Assembly: GCA_003151625.1 (NCBI GenBank)
Contig: PLYC01000010.1
Coordinates: 4,283 to 68,282, forward strand
DNA: 64,000 nt
Source of the DNA: Candidatus Doudnabacteria bacterium
GTDB lineage: Bacteria; Patescibacteriota; Doudnabacteria; UBA920
Direction: 5' to 3'
This document shows, in pieces, positions 1 through 8,607 of this stretch. The notes under the pieces were generated by a model. That model did not search any database and was not told where the DNA came from. It saw nothing but the letters and a program-made list of their open reading frames with translations. Position numbers and translations under genes: made by a program. The first letter of the stretch is position 1. Every line of letters begins with the position of its first letter.

Positions 1-2929
1 CAACCTTTTTGTGTTCCTCTTTAAAGCGGTCGAATTTAATTGTTTCCACCACCAGCCGCATAAGTTCTAAAAGTTCCTGTTTTAATTTTATTACATCATC
101 CGGGGTGGCTAGCTCTTCTTCCAAGAAGAGTTTTTGCTTTTCCTGCAAATACCAGTATTTAAGGCCCACAACTTTTTCTTTTAAATATTTCTGTGCCGCC
201 CACTGGTAAATATAGAGTTGGTCGATGTCCTTTTTTCCGGATTTCTTTGGAAGCTTTCCTGTTTTATAGTCATAAATTATAAGACCCTGGTCGTTCAAAT
301 CTGCGCGGTCAATTCTGCCGACTAGCCTGAATTTATCCAAAAATAAAATAAAAGACTGTTCAATATATTTTGGCCTCGGCATATTAGCAACGCATTCGTC
401 GTAGAATTGCTTTAGCATTTGTTTGCCCTGTTTAAAGTAATCTTCTTTTTGTTTTTTTGTCTGGTACCATTCGTCTACCCAGTTTTTTTCGTAGAGTTTT
501 TCCAAAGACTCAAAGCTGGGCAAAACCGGGACGGTTTTACTTTTGCCAAACAAATCTTGTTGGGCAAAAGTTGTTGAGTCTTTAAACTCCCGCAAGTACT
601 CTTCAAAAACTTTGTGGATGGTGTTGCCAAAACTTAAATATTGGCTGCCCTGCACCGGGAGCTTTAAATAATATTGATATTTATATTTTAGCGGGCAGGT
701 TTCAAAATCTTTTAGCTGCGAATACGAAAATTTTTCGGGTAAAGTTAAAAAAACCTGCTCTTTTTTTGAAGCTTGCTTGTTAAAAACAACTTTACCGGTG
801 GCTTTAGTAGCTTTTTCGCTTGGGATTAATCCGGACTCGACTAAAAATTGCGAAGGTTTTTTATTTAGTTTACCGCCGTAATCTTTTGACCAGGTTAAAA
901 ACAGATTTTGTTTAGCTCGGGTAATCGCAACATAAAATAGTCGCCTTTCTTCCTGTAAATGGAAATCGCCTTGCGGTAAAATGTCCTTTATAAGGTCTTT
1001 GGGGATTTCAATGGCATCTTTTTTACCCAGGGTCGGAAAGCGCTTGTCAACCAGGTTAATAACAAAAACATTTTCGAATTCAAGCCCTTTGGCGCTGTGG
1101 ACGGTTAAAACCTTCAGGCTCTCCGGGCCTGAATCGGGGTTAAAATTAATTTTGCCCTCGTCGCCGGCCTGTTCTTCCAGTTCCAGCGAACGTAAAAAGT
1201 TATGCACGCTTTTGTCTTTGGCCTGTCCTTCGTAATTTTCAATTTTTTTGTAGAATTGTTCTATTAATTCCCTGTTCTCGGCGTTCTCCTGAGTTTCGTC
1301 TTCCAGCCTTTCGGCCATCTTTAAATCTCGAATTATCTCTACGGTAGTTTCCGCGGCACTTTTTGTTTGAGAAAACGCGTGGTGTTTATGTAAATTTGAC
1401 GTGAGCAATTCCAACTTTTTTCTTGCCTGATCGGTGAGTAGGCTTCCAACTTTGAGTTGTTCTAAAGTTTCAAAGAGGGTCAGAGTTTTTTTGCGTGAAA
1501 ATTCTAAAATTGCCGCAATATCATTTACGCTTAATCGAAACAACGGAATGTTTAGGACGCGGTAAAGTGAAAAGGAGTCTTCGACATTGTCCAGTAATTT
1601 TAAGTAGGCAAGAAGATCTAAAATAATCGGCTTTTTATACAAACCGGTGTTGGCCAAAAAAGTGTGCGGTATTTGCGCGTTCTCCAGCGCCGGTAACAAT
1701 GATTCAGCCGCTCCGTTGCTTCTTATTAGGATAGCAAAATCATTCCAGGTATTCTTGGGTGATTTAAGTTTGATAATTTTTTTGACGACCTCATTTATTT
1801 CCGAATTTAAATCCGGAGCTTCTACAACTTCCACGGTTCCCTGGCTTTTCACGTTAGCCAAAAGTTCCTTATTGATTTTCAGTTTAATCTCCAGCCTGTC
1901 GGGGTTGTTCTGCTGGATAAATTTGTAGGCCAAATCCAAAATTTGTTTGCCGGAGCGGTAGTTTTCCACCAATGTTATTTCTTTTAATCCTGGATATTCG
2001 TCCTTAAACTTTAAAATATTGGAAACGCTGGCGCCGCGGAATTTGTAAATGGATTGGTCATCGTCCCCCACTACGGCCACATTTTGTTTGTCACCGGCCA
2101 GAAGTTTGACCAGCTGATATTGCGCGTAATTGGTGTCCTGGAACTCATCCACCATTAAATATTTAAATTTATTTTGGTAATATTTTAAAATTTGCGGGCG
2201 CTTTTGAAAAAGCAGAAGAGTGTAATTTATCAAGTCGCCAAAATCCAGGTAGTTATTATCCAGCAGAAGTTTTTGGTAGACGTGATAAGCGTTGGAGACT
2301 TCTTCCAGGCGGGAGATTTCGGTTTGATCAATTTCAGTGTAGTTAGCCGATTTATCGGCTGTTATTTGTGAGTCCATGAATGGGCTGGCTACAGCTTCCG
2401 CGCTGTCCGTCGATAATCTTAATCTCTCCGCGTACTCCAAATATTGCTCCGGGGTAATAAGTTCGTCTTTGCACTTGGAAAAATGCGAAAGCAAGCCGCC
2501 AATAAATTTGGCGGGGTTGCCAAGGGGTTTGTAGTAGTCCAAGTCAAATTTTTCAAAATTGTTGTAAATCAACACCCATTGTTTGGTTCCGTCGAGCAGT
2601 TCAAAATCGTTGGGCAGACCAATGTCCAAAGCATGAGTCTTTAAAATGCGCTCGCAAAAGCTGTGGAAAGTGGAAATCCAGGTATCTACGTAGCCAATGG
2701 GTAAAATTAAGTCGACCCGTTCCTGCATTTCCCCCGCGGCCTTATCGGTAAACGTTAACGCTAAAATTTCATCCGGTTTTGCCAATTTTTGTTCTATTAA
2801 ATAAGCAATTCGCCTCGTAATCACAGTTGTCTTCCCCGTCCCCGCACCAGCCACTATCAAAAGCGGCCCGTTTCCATGGGTAACGGCACTTTCTTGCTCT
2901 TTATTTAAATTTTTCAATAACTCTTTCAT
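1..2929 (-). CDS. UvrD/PcrA-type superfamily I DNA helicase fused to a C-terminal PD-(D/E)xK (RecB/Cas4-like) nuclease domain. The N-terminus is at 2929; the extreme C-terminus runs off the window start.
   Basis: My own translation of the minus strand from the ATG at 2927-2929: MKELLKNLNKEQESAVTHGNGPLLIVAGAGTGKTTVITRRIAYL (Walker A GAGTGKT), then helicase motifs continuing for >950 aa. Near the window start: RIDRADLNDQG..IYDYKTGK..QLYIYQWAA, i.e. D..D/EYK nuclease motifs plus QxxxY. It is absent from the ORF track because it is truncated by the window edge. Confidence 0.7.
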   Translation of the reverse strand, partial: MKELLKNLNKEQESAVTHGNGPLLIVAGAGTGKTTVITRRIAYLIEQKLAKPDEILALTFTDKAAGEMQERVDLILPIGYVDTWISTFHSFCERILKTHALDIGLPNDFELLDGTKQWVLIYNNFEKFDLDYYKPLGNPAKFIGGLLSHFSKCKDELITPEQYLEYAERLRLSTDSAEAVASPFMDSQITADKSANYTEIDQTEISRLEEVSNAYHVYQKLLLDNNYLDFGDLINYTLLLFQKRPQILKYYQNKFKYLMVDEFQDTNYAQYQLVKLLAGDKQNVAVVGDDDQSIYKFRGASVSNILKFKDEYPGLKEITLVENYRSGKQILDLAYKFIQQNNPDRLEIKLKINKELLANVKSQGTVEVVEAPDLNSEINEVVKKIIKLKSPKNTWNDFAILIRSNGAAESLLPALENAQIPHTFLANTGLYKKPIILDLLAYLKLLDNVEDSFSLYRVLNIPLFRLSVNDIAAILEFSRKKTLTLFETLEQLKVGSLLTDQARKKLELLTSNLHKHHAFSQTKSAAETTVEIIRDLKMAERLEDETQENAENRELIEQFYKKIENYEGQAKDKSVHNFLRSLELEEQAGDEGKINFNPDSGPESLKVLTVHSAKGLEFENVFVINLVDKRFPTLGKKDAIEIPKDLIKDILPQGDFHLQEERRLFYVAITRAKQNLFLTWSKDYGGKLNKKPSQFLVESGLIPSEKATKATGKVVFNKQASKKEQVFLTLPEKFSYSQLKDFETCPLKYKYQYYLKLPVQGSQYLSFGNTIHKVFEEYLREFKDSTTFAQQDLFGKSKTVPVLPSFESLEKLYEKNWVDEWYQTKKQKEDYFKQGKQMLKQFYDECVANMPRPKYIEQSFILFLDKFRLVGRIDRADLNDQGLIIYDYKTGKLPKKSGKKDIDQLYIYQWAAQKYLKEKVVGLKYWYLQEKQKLFLEEELATPDDVIKLKQELLELMRLVVETIKFDRFKEEHKKV

Positions 2930-2997
2930 CGACTTTTTTAAATTTATAACTTTTAATTAATAACCAACAACCCAAAACCGCTGTTATAAGTTATAAA

Positions 2998-3444
2998 TTA
3001 TTTCTTATTAGTTATAAACTTTGTCCACTGCTTCCACAAATCCATACCGTCGTCTTTATAATTCGCCCAAAATTGCGCGGGATTGGTGATTTTTACGCCG
3101 TGATAGTTTTCAATGCTTAATAATGCGTTATCAGATGTTACCAAATACTCAGCCTTGGCTTCCACGGCACTTTCCAAAATTTTATTATCTTCCGGATCCG
3201 ACACTACCCGAATTTGCCTACGATTAACAACCCAATTAATTTGGGCGAATAAATCGTTTAGCTCTTTTTGGTAAGCATCGTTGTTTATCAACTGACCGCT
3301 TATTAGTCTATTCTCCTGCAAGGTCTGCCTGTTGGCAAAAGCCTCAATTTCTCCGGCGATAACCGCGTCTATAATTTTTTTTTCGTAAGAATATTCGTCT
3401 TTAAACCCGTTTATTAATACATTGGTATCGAGGACTATTTTCAT
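2998..3444 (-). CDS. PIN-domain ribonuclease (VapC-like toxin)
   Basis: N-terminus MKIVLDTNVLI, with conserved acidic residues (DPEDNKILE, LVTSD) spaced as in PIN domains. 148 aa. Its start overlaps the stop of the upstream small ORF by 4 nt (ATGA). Confidence 0.65.
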   Translation of the reverse strand: MKIVLDTNVLINGFKDEYSYEKKIIDAVIAGEIEAFANRQTLQENRLISGQLINNDAYQKELNDLFAQINWVVNRRQIRVVSDPEDNKILESAVEAKAEYLVTSDNALLSIENYHGVKITNPAQFWANYKDDGMDLWKQWTKFITNKK

Positions 3445-3719
3445 TTTGTGATTCTATAATATATGGGGACGCCCGATGATAATTTATAAATAATTCTTCT
3501 TGCTAAAAGATGCCGAAGCAGCTCTCTTAAGTGCGAATGTGAGTGATGAAGCGGTATAGTCTCCACCTTAGCCCGCAATTCACTAAACGAAAATTCTGTA
3601 TCGGGAAATTCTTGGTTGATTATTTGCTCAAGAGCAACGATATCCGTTTCAAAATTATCCCTAGTTTCTGCTTTAAATGAACGGCCGTCTGGATTATTAT
3701 TTTTTTCTGTCATCTGCAA
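3441..3719 (-). CDS. Putative antitoxin or DNA-binding partner of the PIN toxin
   Basis: 92-aa ORF directly upstream of the PIN gene with a 4-nt overlap. C-terminal region LRELLRHLLARRIIYKL..GVPIYY looks like a winged-helix recognition helix. Confidence 0.4.
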   Translation of the reverse strand: MQMTEKNNNPDGRSFKAETRDNFETDIVALEQIINQEFPDTEFSFSELRAKVETIPLHHSHSHLRELLRHLLARRIIYKLSSGVPIYYRITK

Positions 3720-3729
3720 GAAAATTAAA

Positions 3730-4026
3730 TTACAATTTTGACTTGACCTTTTCGTATGAAAAAAAACCGGACTTTGGATCGTTTAGAAGAGAGCCTTTAA
3801 TCAGACCTTTGGCTAATAACGAGTCAATAATTTGTTTTAAGCCGCCTTTATTTTCGTTGTAGTCCTTTGAACTCACGATGAATCTGTCTTTCCTGATTTT
3901 TAAAAACTCTGATTCCTCAAAAGTCGGGTTTAAATCAATGCCCAATTTACCGGACTTGATGTCAAGTTGCTTAATTTGCTCTTCTGAAATTCCTCTATAT
4001 CTGCTTGGGTCTTGTTCGTCGGGCAT
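3730..4026 (-). CDS. Hypothetical 98-aa protein (possibly an OST-HTH-like partner of the NYN protein)
   Basis: ORF packed tightly between the NYN gene (3-nt gap) and the antitoxin-like ORF (11-nt gap). No recognised motif. Confidence 0.35.
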   Translation of the reverse strand: MPDEQDPSRYRGISEEQIKQLDIKSGKLGIDLNPTFEESEFLKIRKDRFIVSSKDYNENKGGLKQIIDSLLAKGLIKGSLLNDPKSGFFSYEKVKSKL

Positions 4027-4028
4027 AT

Positions 4029-4547
4029 TTATTTCCTCCCGGTCTTAATGGGCATTAAAAATTTGCGCGGATTTTCATCAAGGTCTATAAAATAATCTGT
4101 TAAAACTTTTATTTTACCGCTGCAACTTTTTCCGAAAGCTAAGGTTTCTGTAAACTGGCCGGACATTTGCAGATACTCTAAAAGCGGTGCGTAGTCCCCG
4201 TCGCCCGAAGCCAAAACCACCACATCCAATTTATTCATCAACTTTACAATATCCATAGCAATGCCCACGTCCCAATCCCCTTTTTGATGCCCTCCGGCAA
4301 AGGTTTGCAATTCTTTAACCTTTACTTCAAAACCAGCCTTTTCTAAAGCCTCAAAAAATGTATGTTCCTCGGGCATATCGGCCTTAACCACATAAGCAAT
4401 GGCGCGAATTAATTTTCGGCCTGCCACGGCCTCTTCTAAAACCTCGTTAAACTTAACTCTCGCGTTATACATATTGCGCGCAGAGTAGTACAAATTCTGC
4501 ACGTCCACGAACACTCCTACTCTTTGATCCGGGTTTCTTATAGACAT
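4029..4547 (-). CDS. NYN/LabA-like domain protein (predicted RNase)
   Basis: VGVFVDVQNLYYSARN ... VVVLASGDGDYAPLLEYL, with acidic residues placed as in the NYN (PF01936) fold. Confidence 0.6.
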   Translation of the reverse strand: MSIRNPDQRVGVFVDVQNLYYSARNMYNARVKFNEVLEEAVAGRKLIRAIAYVVKADMPEEHTFFEALEKAGFEVKVKELQTFAGGHQKGDWDVGIAMDIVKLMNKLDVVVLASGDGDYAPLLEYLQMSGQFTETLAFGKSCSGKIKVLTDYFIDLDENPRKFLMPIKTGRK

Positions 4548-4548
4548 A

Positions 4549-4791
4549 TTATTGGTTTTTATAATAAAATTTTATAGATAAAATTATTGCCGTAATCCAA
4601 ATCGCTAGCCAAACAAGCAATGTAGTTAAAAAAGATCGATCACTTTGCCAATTTCCCGCCACTCCTAAAGGCGCTATTAGTAAAGATGCCCCAATGATTA
4701 GCGAGGCAATGATTACTGCAATTACCGAAAAAATCTTTCTTGATGTTCTTTTTTCCGCATCAGTTGGTGGCGGAAACAATTTGCTTGTCAT
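4549..4791 (-). CDS. Small membrane protein
   Basis: 80 aa with two hydrophobic helices (IFSVIAVIIASLIIGASLLIA, LLVWLAIWITAIILSI). Stop lies 2 nt from the NYN gene start. Confidence 0.4.
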   Translation of the reverse strand: MTSKLFPPPTDAEKRTSRKIFSVIAVIIASLIIGASLLIAPLGVAGNWQSDRSFLTTLLVWLAIWITAIILSIKFYYKNQ

Positions 4792-4800
4792 AAGATTAAA

Positions 4801-5820
4801 TTACTCCAATGATTTTTGCTGGTCAGCCTCTTTAACCTCATCCAGCTTTAATGACGATGCATTGGTAATACTGGTTTTTAGTTTTGCAAAATCGTTGGTT
4901 ACCGTACCCATGGTGTTGCCTGCGTTTTTTATATGGTTGCCTAGGACGTCTAAGTTACGGCCGAATTTGTCGGATTCCTGTTTAATTCCCGCAATCATTG
5001 CAAGTATTTGCTGGGCGGCTTCGTTAACCTTTTGGCCGCGAAGCGATAGTAAAATAATTTGCAGGTGATGATAAAGCGTGTTTGGGCTTACAAAGTAAAC
5101 TTTCTTTTCACGGCCGTAGCCCAAAGTCGGTGTATCGTCCAGCACTTCGCTAAACACGCCCTCGCTGGGAATATACATCAGCGCAAAGTCAAAAGTGTTT
5201 TCCTGCGGTAAAATATATTTTTTGTGGATTTCGTCTACGCGTTTTTTCACGTCTTTTAAAAATGTTTTCTTTAAAGCCTCCTTGGCTTCATCCGTCGTGG
5301 CTTCTTTATAAAGTCGGAAGTTTTCCATACTAAATTTACTGTCTATGGGCAGAATTTTTTCGCCAACGTAAATAATGGCATCTACGACTTCGCCATTTTT
5401 GAACTTATACTGAATTTGATAGCCGCTTTTAGGCAAAGCCTGCGAGAGCATATTTTCCAGCATCTCTTCGCCAAAGTTGCCTCTTAATTTAGGTGAGGCA
5501 AGGGTTTCGGTAAGGCGACGGATATCTGGGCCTACTTGAGATATCCCTCCAAGCTCCTTGGTCAGCGCCGCAATAACGCGCCCTGCGTTATCCAGACGTT
5601 CGTTAATGGCCTTGTTGGTTTCATCTATGGATTTTTGCATCCCCACCCTGGTTTGATCCGTACCCTGCTTAATTTCCTTCATCCACTCCATCATAACCTT
5701 CATTCCCTGGTCGTCCGCGGGCTTTTGCGACTGTTTTTTTAAATCAACTAAAAAATTAAATAAAAAACCAAAACCCGCCAAAAGCACGAGGATTATTATG
5801 TAAAGAATGCCTGTTTGCAT
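4801..5820 (-). CDS. rmuC: DNA recombination protein RmuC
   Basis: N-terminal TM helix and coiled-coil, then the RmuC core (LPKSGYQIQYKF, PIDSKFSMENF, LMYIPSEGVF). Confidence 0.75.
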   Translation of the reverse strand: MQTGILYIIILVLLAGFGFLFNFLVDLKKQSQKPADDQGMKVMMEWMKEIKQGTDQTRVGMQKSIDETNKAINERLDNAGRVIAALTKELGGISQVGPDIRRLTETLASPKLRGNFGEEMLENMLSQALPKSGYQIQYKFKNGEVVDAIIYVGEKILPIDSKFSMENFRLYKEATTDEAKEALKKTFLKDVKKRVDEIHKKYILPQENTFDFALMYIPSEGVFSEVLDDTPTLGYGREKKVYFVSPNTLYHHLQIILLSLRGQKVNEAAQQILAMIAGIKQESDKFGRNLDVLGNHIKNAGNTMGTVTNDFAKLKTSITNASSLKLDEVKEADQQKSLE

Positions 5821-6062
5821 GAGTTTATTATACTATAACGGTTGGCCAAAAACAACCTCTTGACAAATTAGCAATCTTGGGTATAGAGTGATAATAGATG
5901 CAAAATCATAAGCGCCGCTTGGGGCTTGAAAGTTAGGAGAGGACGGGATTATCCCGGAATGAAGCCGGGAAAAAGAGAGCCCTCCCCTATCCTTTGGCCC
6001 TAATACGGCAAAGAATGAATAAACGTAAAGACCGCCTGTGTGGCGGTCTTTTAATATGTAAT

Positions 6063-6138
6063 GGCGGACTGAACGGGACTCGAACCCGCGACCTCTCCCG
6101 TGACAGGGGAGCGCTCTAACCAACTGAGCTACCAGTCC
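6063..6138 (-). tRNA. tRNA-Asp (GTC), CCA encoded
   Basis: Minus-sense ggactgg-ta-gctcagttggttagagc-g-ctccc-ctGTCac-gggag-aggtc-gcggg-ttcgagt-cccgt-tcagtcc-g-cca. All stems pair. Overlaps the spurious ORF 5833..6123. Confidence 0.8.
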
Positions 6139-6146
6139 GTATTTTT

Positions 6147-6223
6147 TGGTGTCGGAGAGAGGAATTGCACCTCTGACCTTGGGCTTATGAGTCCCACGCT
6201 CTAACTAACTGAGCTACTCCGAC
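6147..6223 (-). tRNA. tRNA-Met (CAT), probably initiator type, CCA encoded
   Basis: Minus-sense gtcggag-ta-gctc...agc-g-tggga-ctCATaa-gccca-aggtc-agagg-tgcaatt-cctct-ctccgac-a-cca. Three consecutive G-C pairs at the base of the anticodon stem (initiator hallmark). The T-loop has an unusual G at position 55. Confidence 0.65.
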
Positions 6224-6289
6224 TCGCCGCAACTTGCTCCAAGTTTCAGAATTTAACAGGCTAATTTAACAAAAATCCCTCGACAGAGG

Positions 6290-6665
6290 GTAAAATCTGT
6301 CACGATTTTAGAATTATAAGCACTTATTCGCCCCGTACCAGTCGTATGACTCCGGTGCAGGGCATAAACCAGTCGCCCATTCAGCACTCACAGTATCCAC
6401 TTAATTGGTTTGTGGCTGTGCCATAAACCGGAGCGAACACAGTGAGCGACTGGTTTATGGTTGCGGGACCCGGACTCGAACCGGGAACCTCAAGGTTATG
6501 CATACCACTACAACTTTAATTGCTTCGCAAAATTGCGAATTTGTGGTCTGGACTTTCTCTTTACCCCGACAAATTGTCTGGGTATCTACCATTAAGTCTC
6601 TACACCTTCTCCAAAAAATAAGCCGGAGCTTGGCTCGGGATTACCACCGCTAAGGGCTTCCCCGA
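6290..6665 (-). ncRNA. Candidate structured RNA upstream of and co-oriented with tRNA-Met/tRNA-Asp (possibly RNase P RNA; identity unresolved)
   Basis: No credible ORF; the track ORF 6405..6653 is low-complexity. Minus-sense contains AGAAAGUCCAGACC (resembles the RNase P CR-I/P4 5' strand GGAAAGUCCGG), a UGAAUG..CUGGUUUAU segment (resembles CR-IV/V ..GAUGAAUG..CCGGCUUAU), a 14-bp inverted repeat cataaaccagtcgc/gcgactggtttatg, and a tRNA-like T-arm + acceptor 3' strand + CCA (ggttcccggttcgagtccgggtcccgcaACCA, plus-strand 6451-6483) that lacks a matching 5' acceptor strand. Confidence 0.25.
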
Positions 6666-6937
6666 ATTTGATAGATTATCACGCTGGAATTACTCCCTGC
6701 GTAGCCCATTTAAAGATTAGTTACAAGCGGAGCTAAAAAAACTAACCATACTAACAACTTGAGCCTTGCGAGCTGCCAATTGCTCTATCCCGCAAATACA
6801 GTTTACAATAATTCAATAAAAAAAGCAACACCAAGCGGTTTTTTAGGTTTGTGAACATCAAAGTCCAAGTAAAAAGGCCTTATTTACACTAACGTTAAGC
6901 CGACATTAGTGTAAATGAATGATTTATTGCGAAATAA

Positions 6938-6968
6938 CAAAACCACCCTTATTTTGGGGGTGGTTTTG
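6938..6968. terminator. Rho-independent terminator-like hairpin (bidirectional)
   Basis: aaaaccaccc-ttatttt-gggggtggtttt, flanked by A and T runs. A second hairpin tctctcgc-ggag-cgagaga is adjacent at 6970-6990. Confidence 0.5.
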
Positions 6969-7004
6969 TTTCTCTCGCGGAGCGAGAGAAGAGAGGCGTA
7001 AAGA

Positions 7005-7070
7005 TTAAGCGCGCTTCTTTTTGGAAGCGGTCTTTTTCTTCTTTACAACTTTCTTTTTCTTAGCAGCCAT
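7005..7070 (-). CDS. Lysine-rich 21-aa small ORF (MAAKKKKVVKKKKTASKKKRA) with a canonical Shine-Dalgarno sequence
   Basis: GGGAGA lies 8 nt upstream of the ATG, and two hairpin terminators follow within 70 nt. Not in the ORF track because it is <60 aa. Confidence 0.3.
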   Translation of the reverse strand: MAAKKKKVVKKKKTASKKKRA

Positions 7071-7346
7071 TGTGCTAGTCTCCCTGGAAGCCAGACTAAT
7101 TTTGGCCTAGACTTCCTTAATTTTCTACCCTTATATCTTGAAGCTTTTTACTTCAAGCGGAGTAGTGTAACCGCAGATCATAACGCGGATCTGTGGCCCA
7201 GCCTTCGCTCAAGGCTACGGCGGGCACGGCTCGGATCAAACGCTGACTTTGTATTTCTATGTTAAAAAAATTTGCTTTCTTTTTTCTTTCTTTATTTCTG
7301 ATTTCGGAATTATTTTTAACCAATCATAATAATTGTAAAACTTTTC

Positions 7347-8057
7347 TTACTTAATGTCAAGTAAATTTTTATTATCAATCTCCCTTAAAACAGAATTTCT
7401 TTTTTTTATGTTTTTAATTTTATTTAATTCATTTTTAATTCTTGTGGCTGTCAAAGTTCCAATTAAATTTAAATATTTTTTAATGGCGTTTTCTGTTTGA
7501 ACATTCAATTTCAAATTATGCGTTTTGCTGAATCTTACCGCCCTTATAACCCTAAGAGGATCTTGTTTAATTCTAACTATTGGGTTGCCAATAAATTTGA
7601 GTTGGTTGGTCTTTAAATCGGCAAGACCTTTGTGATAGTCCAAAATTTTAGCAGATTTTGCGCTTAAGTATAGAGCATTTATGGTAAAATCGCGTCTTTT
7701 GCTGTCTTGCTTGGCTGTATTTACAAATGAGATTTTTGGGTATCGGCTCTTCCCATAATAATCCTTGCGGAAAGTTGTTATTTCAATGGAGAGGTTGTGC
7801 TCTGCGGCAATTATTACTCCAAATTGTTTGTTCCTTGCTTCGAATTTAATACCTGCCTGCTCAAGTATTTTAATAACTTGGTCAGGCGTGGCTTTGGTCG
7901 CGATATCAATATCTGTTATGGGTCTCTTTAATAATAAGTCCCTGACCATTCCGCCCACGTAAAAAGTTTGCGGAAAGTTGTCCACAAGTAAATTGTAAAT
8001 TTTTGTCCCAACTTTTTCTAATTCAGACCTTGGTCTATAATTTAGTTTTGCGTTCAT
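7347..8057 (-). CDS. cca: tRNA nucleotidyltransferase (CCA-adding enzyme, minimal class II form)
   Basis: Pol-beta nucleotidyltransferase head motif GGMVRDLLL..DIDIAT, plus RRDFTINALY. 236 aa. Confidence 0.7.
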   Translation of the reverse strand: MNAKLNYRPRSELEKVGTKIYNLLVDNFPQTFYVGGMVRDLLLKRPITDIDIATKATPDQVIKILEQAGIKFEARNKQFGVIIAAEHNLSIEITTFRKDYYGKSRYPKISFVNTAKQDSKRRDFTINALYLSAKSAKILDYHKGLADLKTNQLKFIGNPIVRIKQDPLRVIRAVRFSKTHNLKLNVQTENAIKKYLNLIGTLTATRIKNELNKIKNIKKRNSVLREIDNKNLLDIK

Positions 8058-8152
8058 AGAAGCAAAATTAAACGCGAAAGATTTGATTCGAGAAGATAAA
8101 TGCGAATTCGCGACAAGTTCGCGTTGATATTTCGCGTACTGCTTCGCTTCTA
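8057..8152. mobile_element. MITE-like ~95-nt element with terminal inverted repeats (copy A, cca-atpC spacer)
   Basis: tagaagcaaaattaaacgcgaaag...aatgcgaattcgcgacaagttcgcgtt...ctgcttcgcttcta; the ends tagaagc/gcttcta are inverted repeats. Confidence 0.55.
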
Positions 8153-8602
8153 TTCTTTAAACACACCCTCGCCGGTAATCGGCTGACGGCGATGGGAATG
8201 TTTGCGCGCGATGTTCAGCCGCGTTAAGCTCTGGTTTAAGCTGGCTGCGACTTTCGCGTATTCCTCGGAAGACATTTTTGTTTCTGATATGGCTTTTTGG
8301 GCGCGCTTAACCGCTTCTTCGGTTTTTTGGACGTCTATTTCGTAATGATGCTCTGCCGCGTCCGCCAAGGCCACGACCTGACTATTTGGTCGAACCTCTA
8401 TAAAACCGCCGGTAACATTAATAAAATGCTCTTTCCCGCCGGATTTTGCTACCAATTCCCCTGCTGTCAACGTCGCAACCAATGGAATATGCCCAGGCAG
8501 AATAGTGATCTGCCCCAAAGTCGTGGGGCACGATAAACTATCCAGTTCTTCTTTAAGAACGGTTCGTTCGGGGGTTACTAGTTGGAAATTTAACTTACTC
8601 AT
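8150..8602 (-). CDS. atpC: F1Fo ATP synthase epsilon subunit
   Basis: LVTPERTVL..ILPGHIPLVATL N-terminal beta-sandwich, then a C-terminal helical region. Last gene of the atp operon. Confidence 0.85.
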   Translation of the reverse strand: MSKLNFQLVTPERTVLKEELDSLSCPTTLGQITILPGHIPLVATLTAGELVAKSGGKEHFINVTGGFIEVRPNSQVVALADAAEHHYEIDVQKTEEAVKRAQKAISETKMSSEEYAKVAASLNQSLTRLNIARKHSHRRQPITGEGVFKE

Positions 8603-8607
8603 AGTTT

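Noticed and set aside
5833-6123. 96-aa minus-strand track ORF
   Set aside because: Overlaps tRNA-Asp and the tail of tRNA-Met; the composition (RGRGFESRS..) is tRNA sequence read as protein.
6405-6653. 82-aa plus-strand track ORF
   Set aside because: Lies in the putative structured-RNA region. The protein is low-complexity and contains the tRNA-like T-arm read as GTRTRTGNLKV.
6290-6665. tmRNA hypothesis for the tRNA-like T-arm/CCA segment
   Set aside because: The acceptor 3' strand (ucccgca-A-CCA) lacks the G3:U70 alanine identity pair. No matching 5' acceptor strand and no tag-peptide ORF ending in a hydrophobic ..AA-stop were found.
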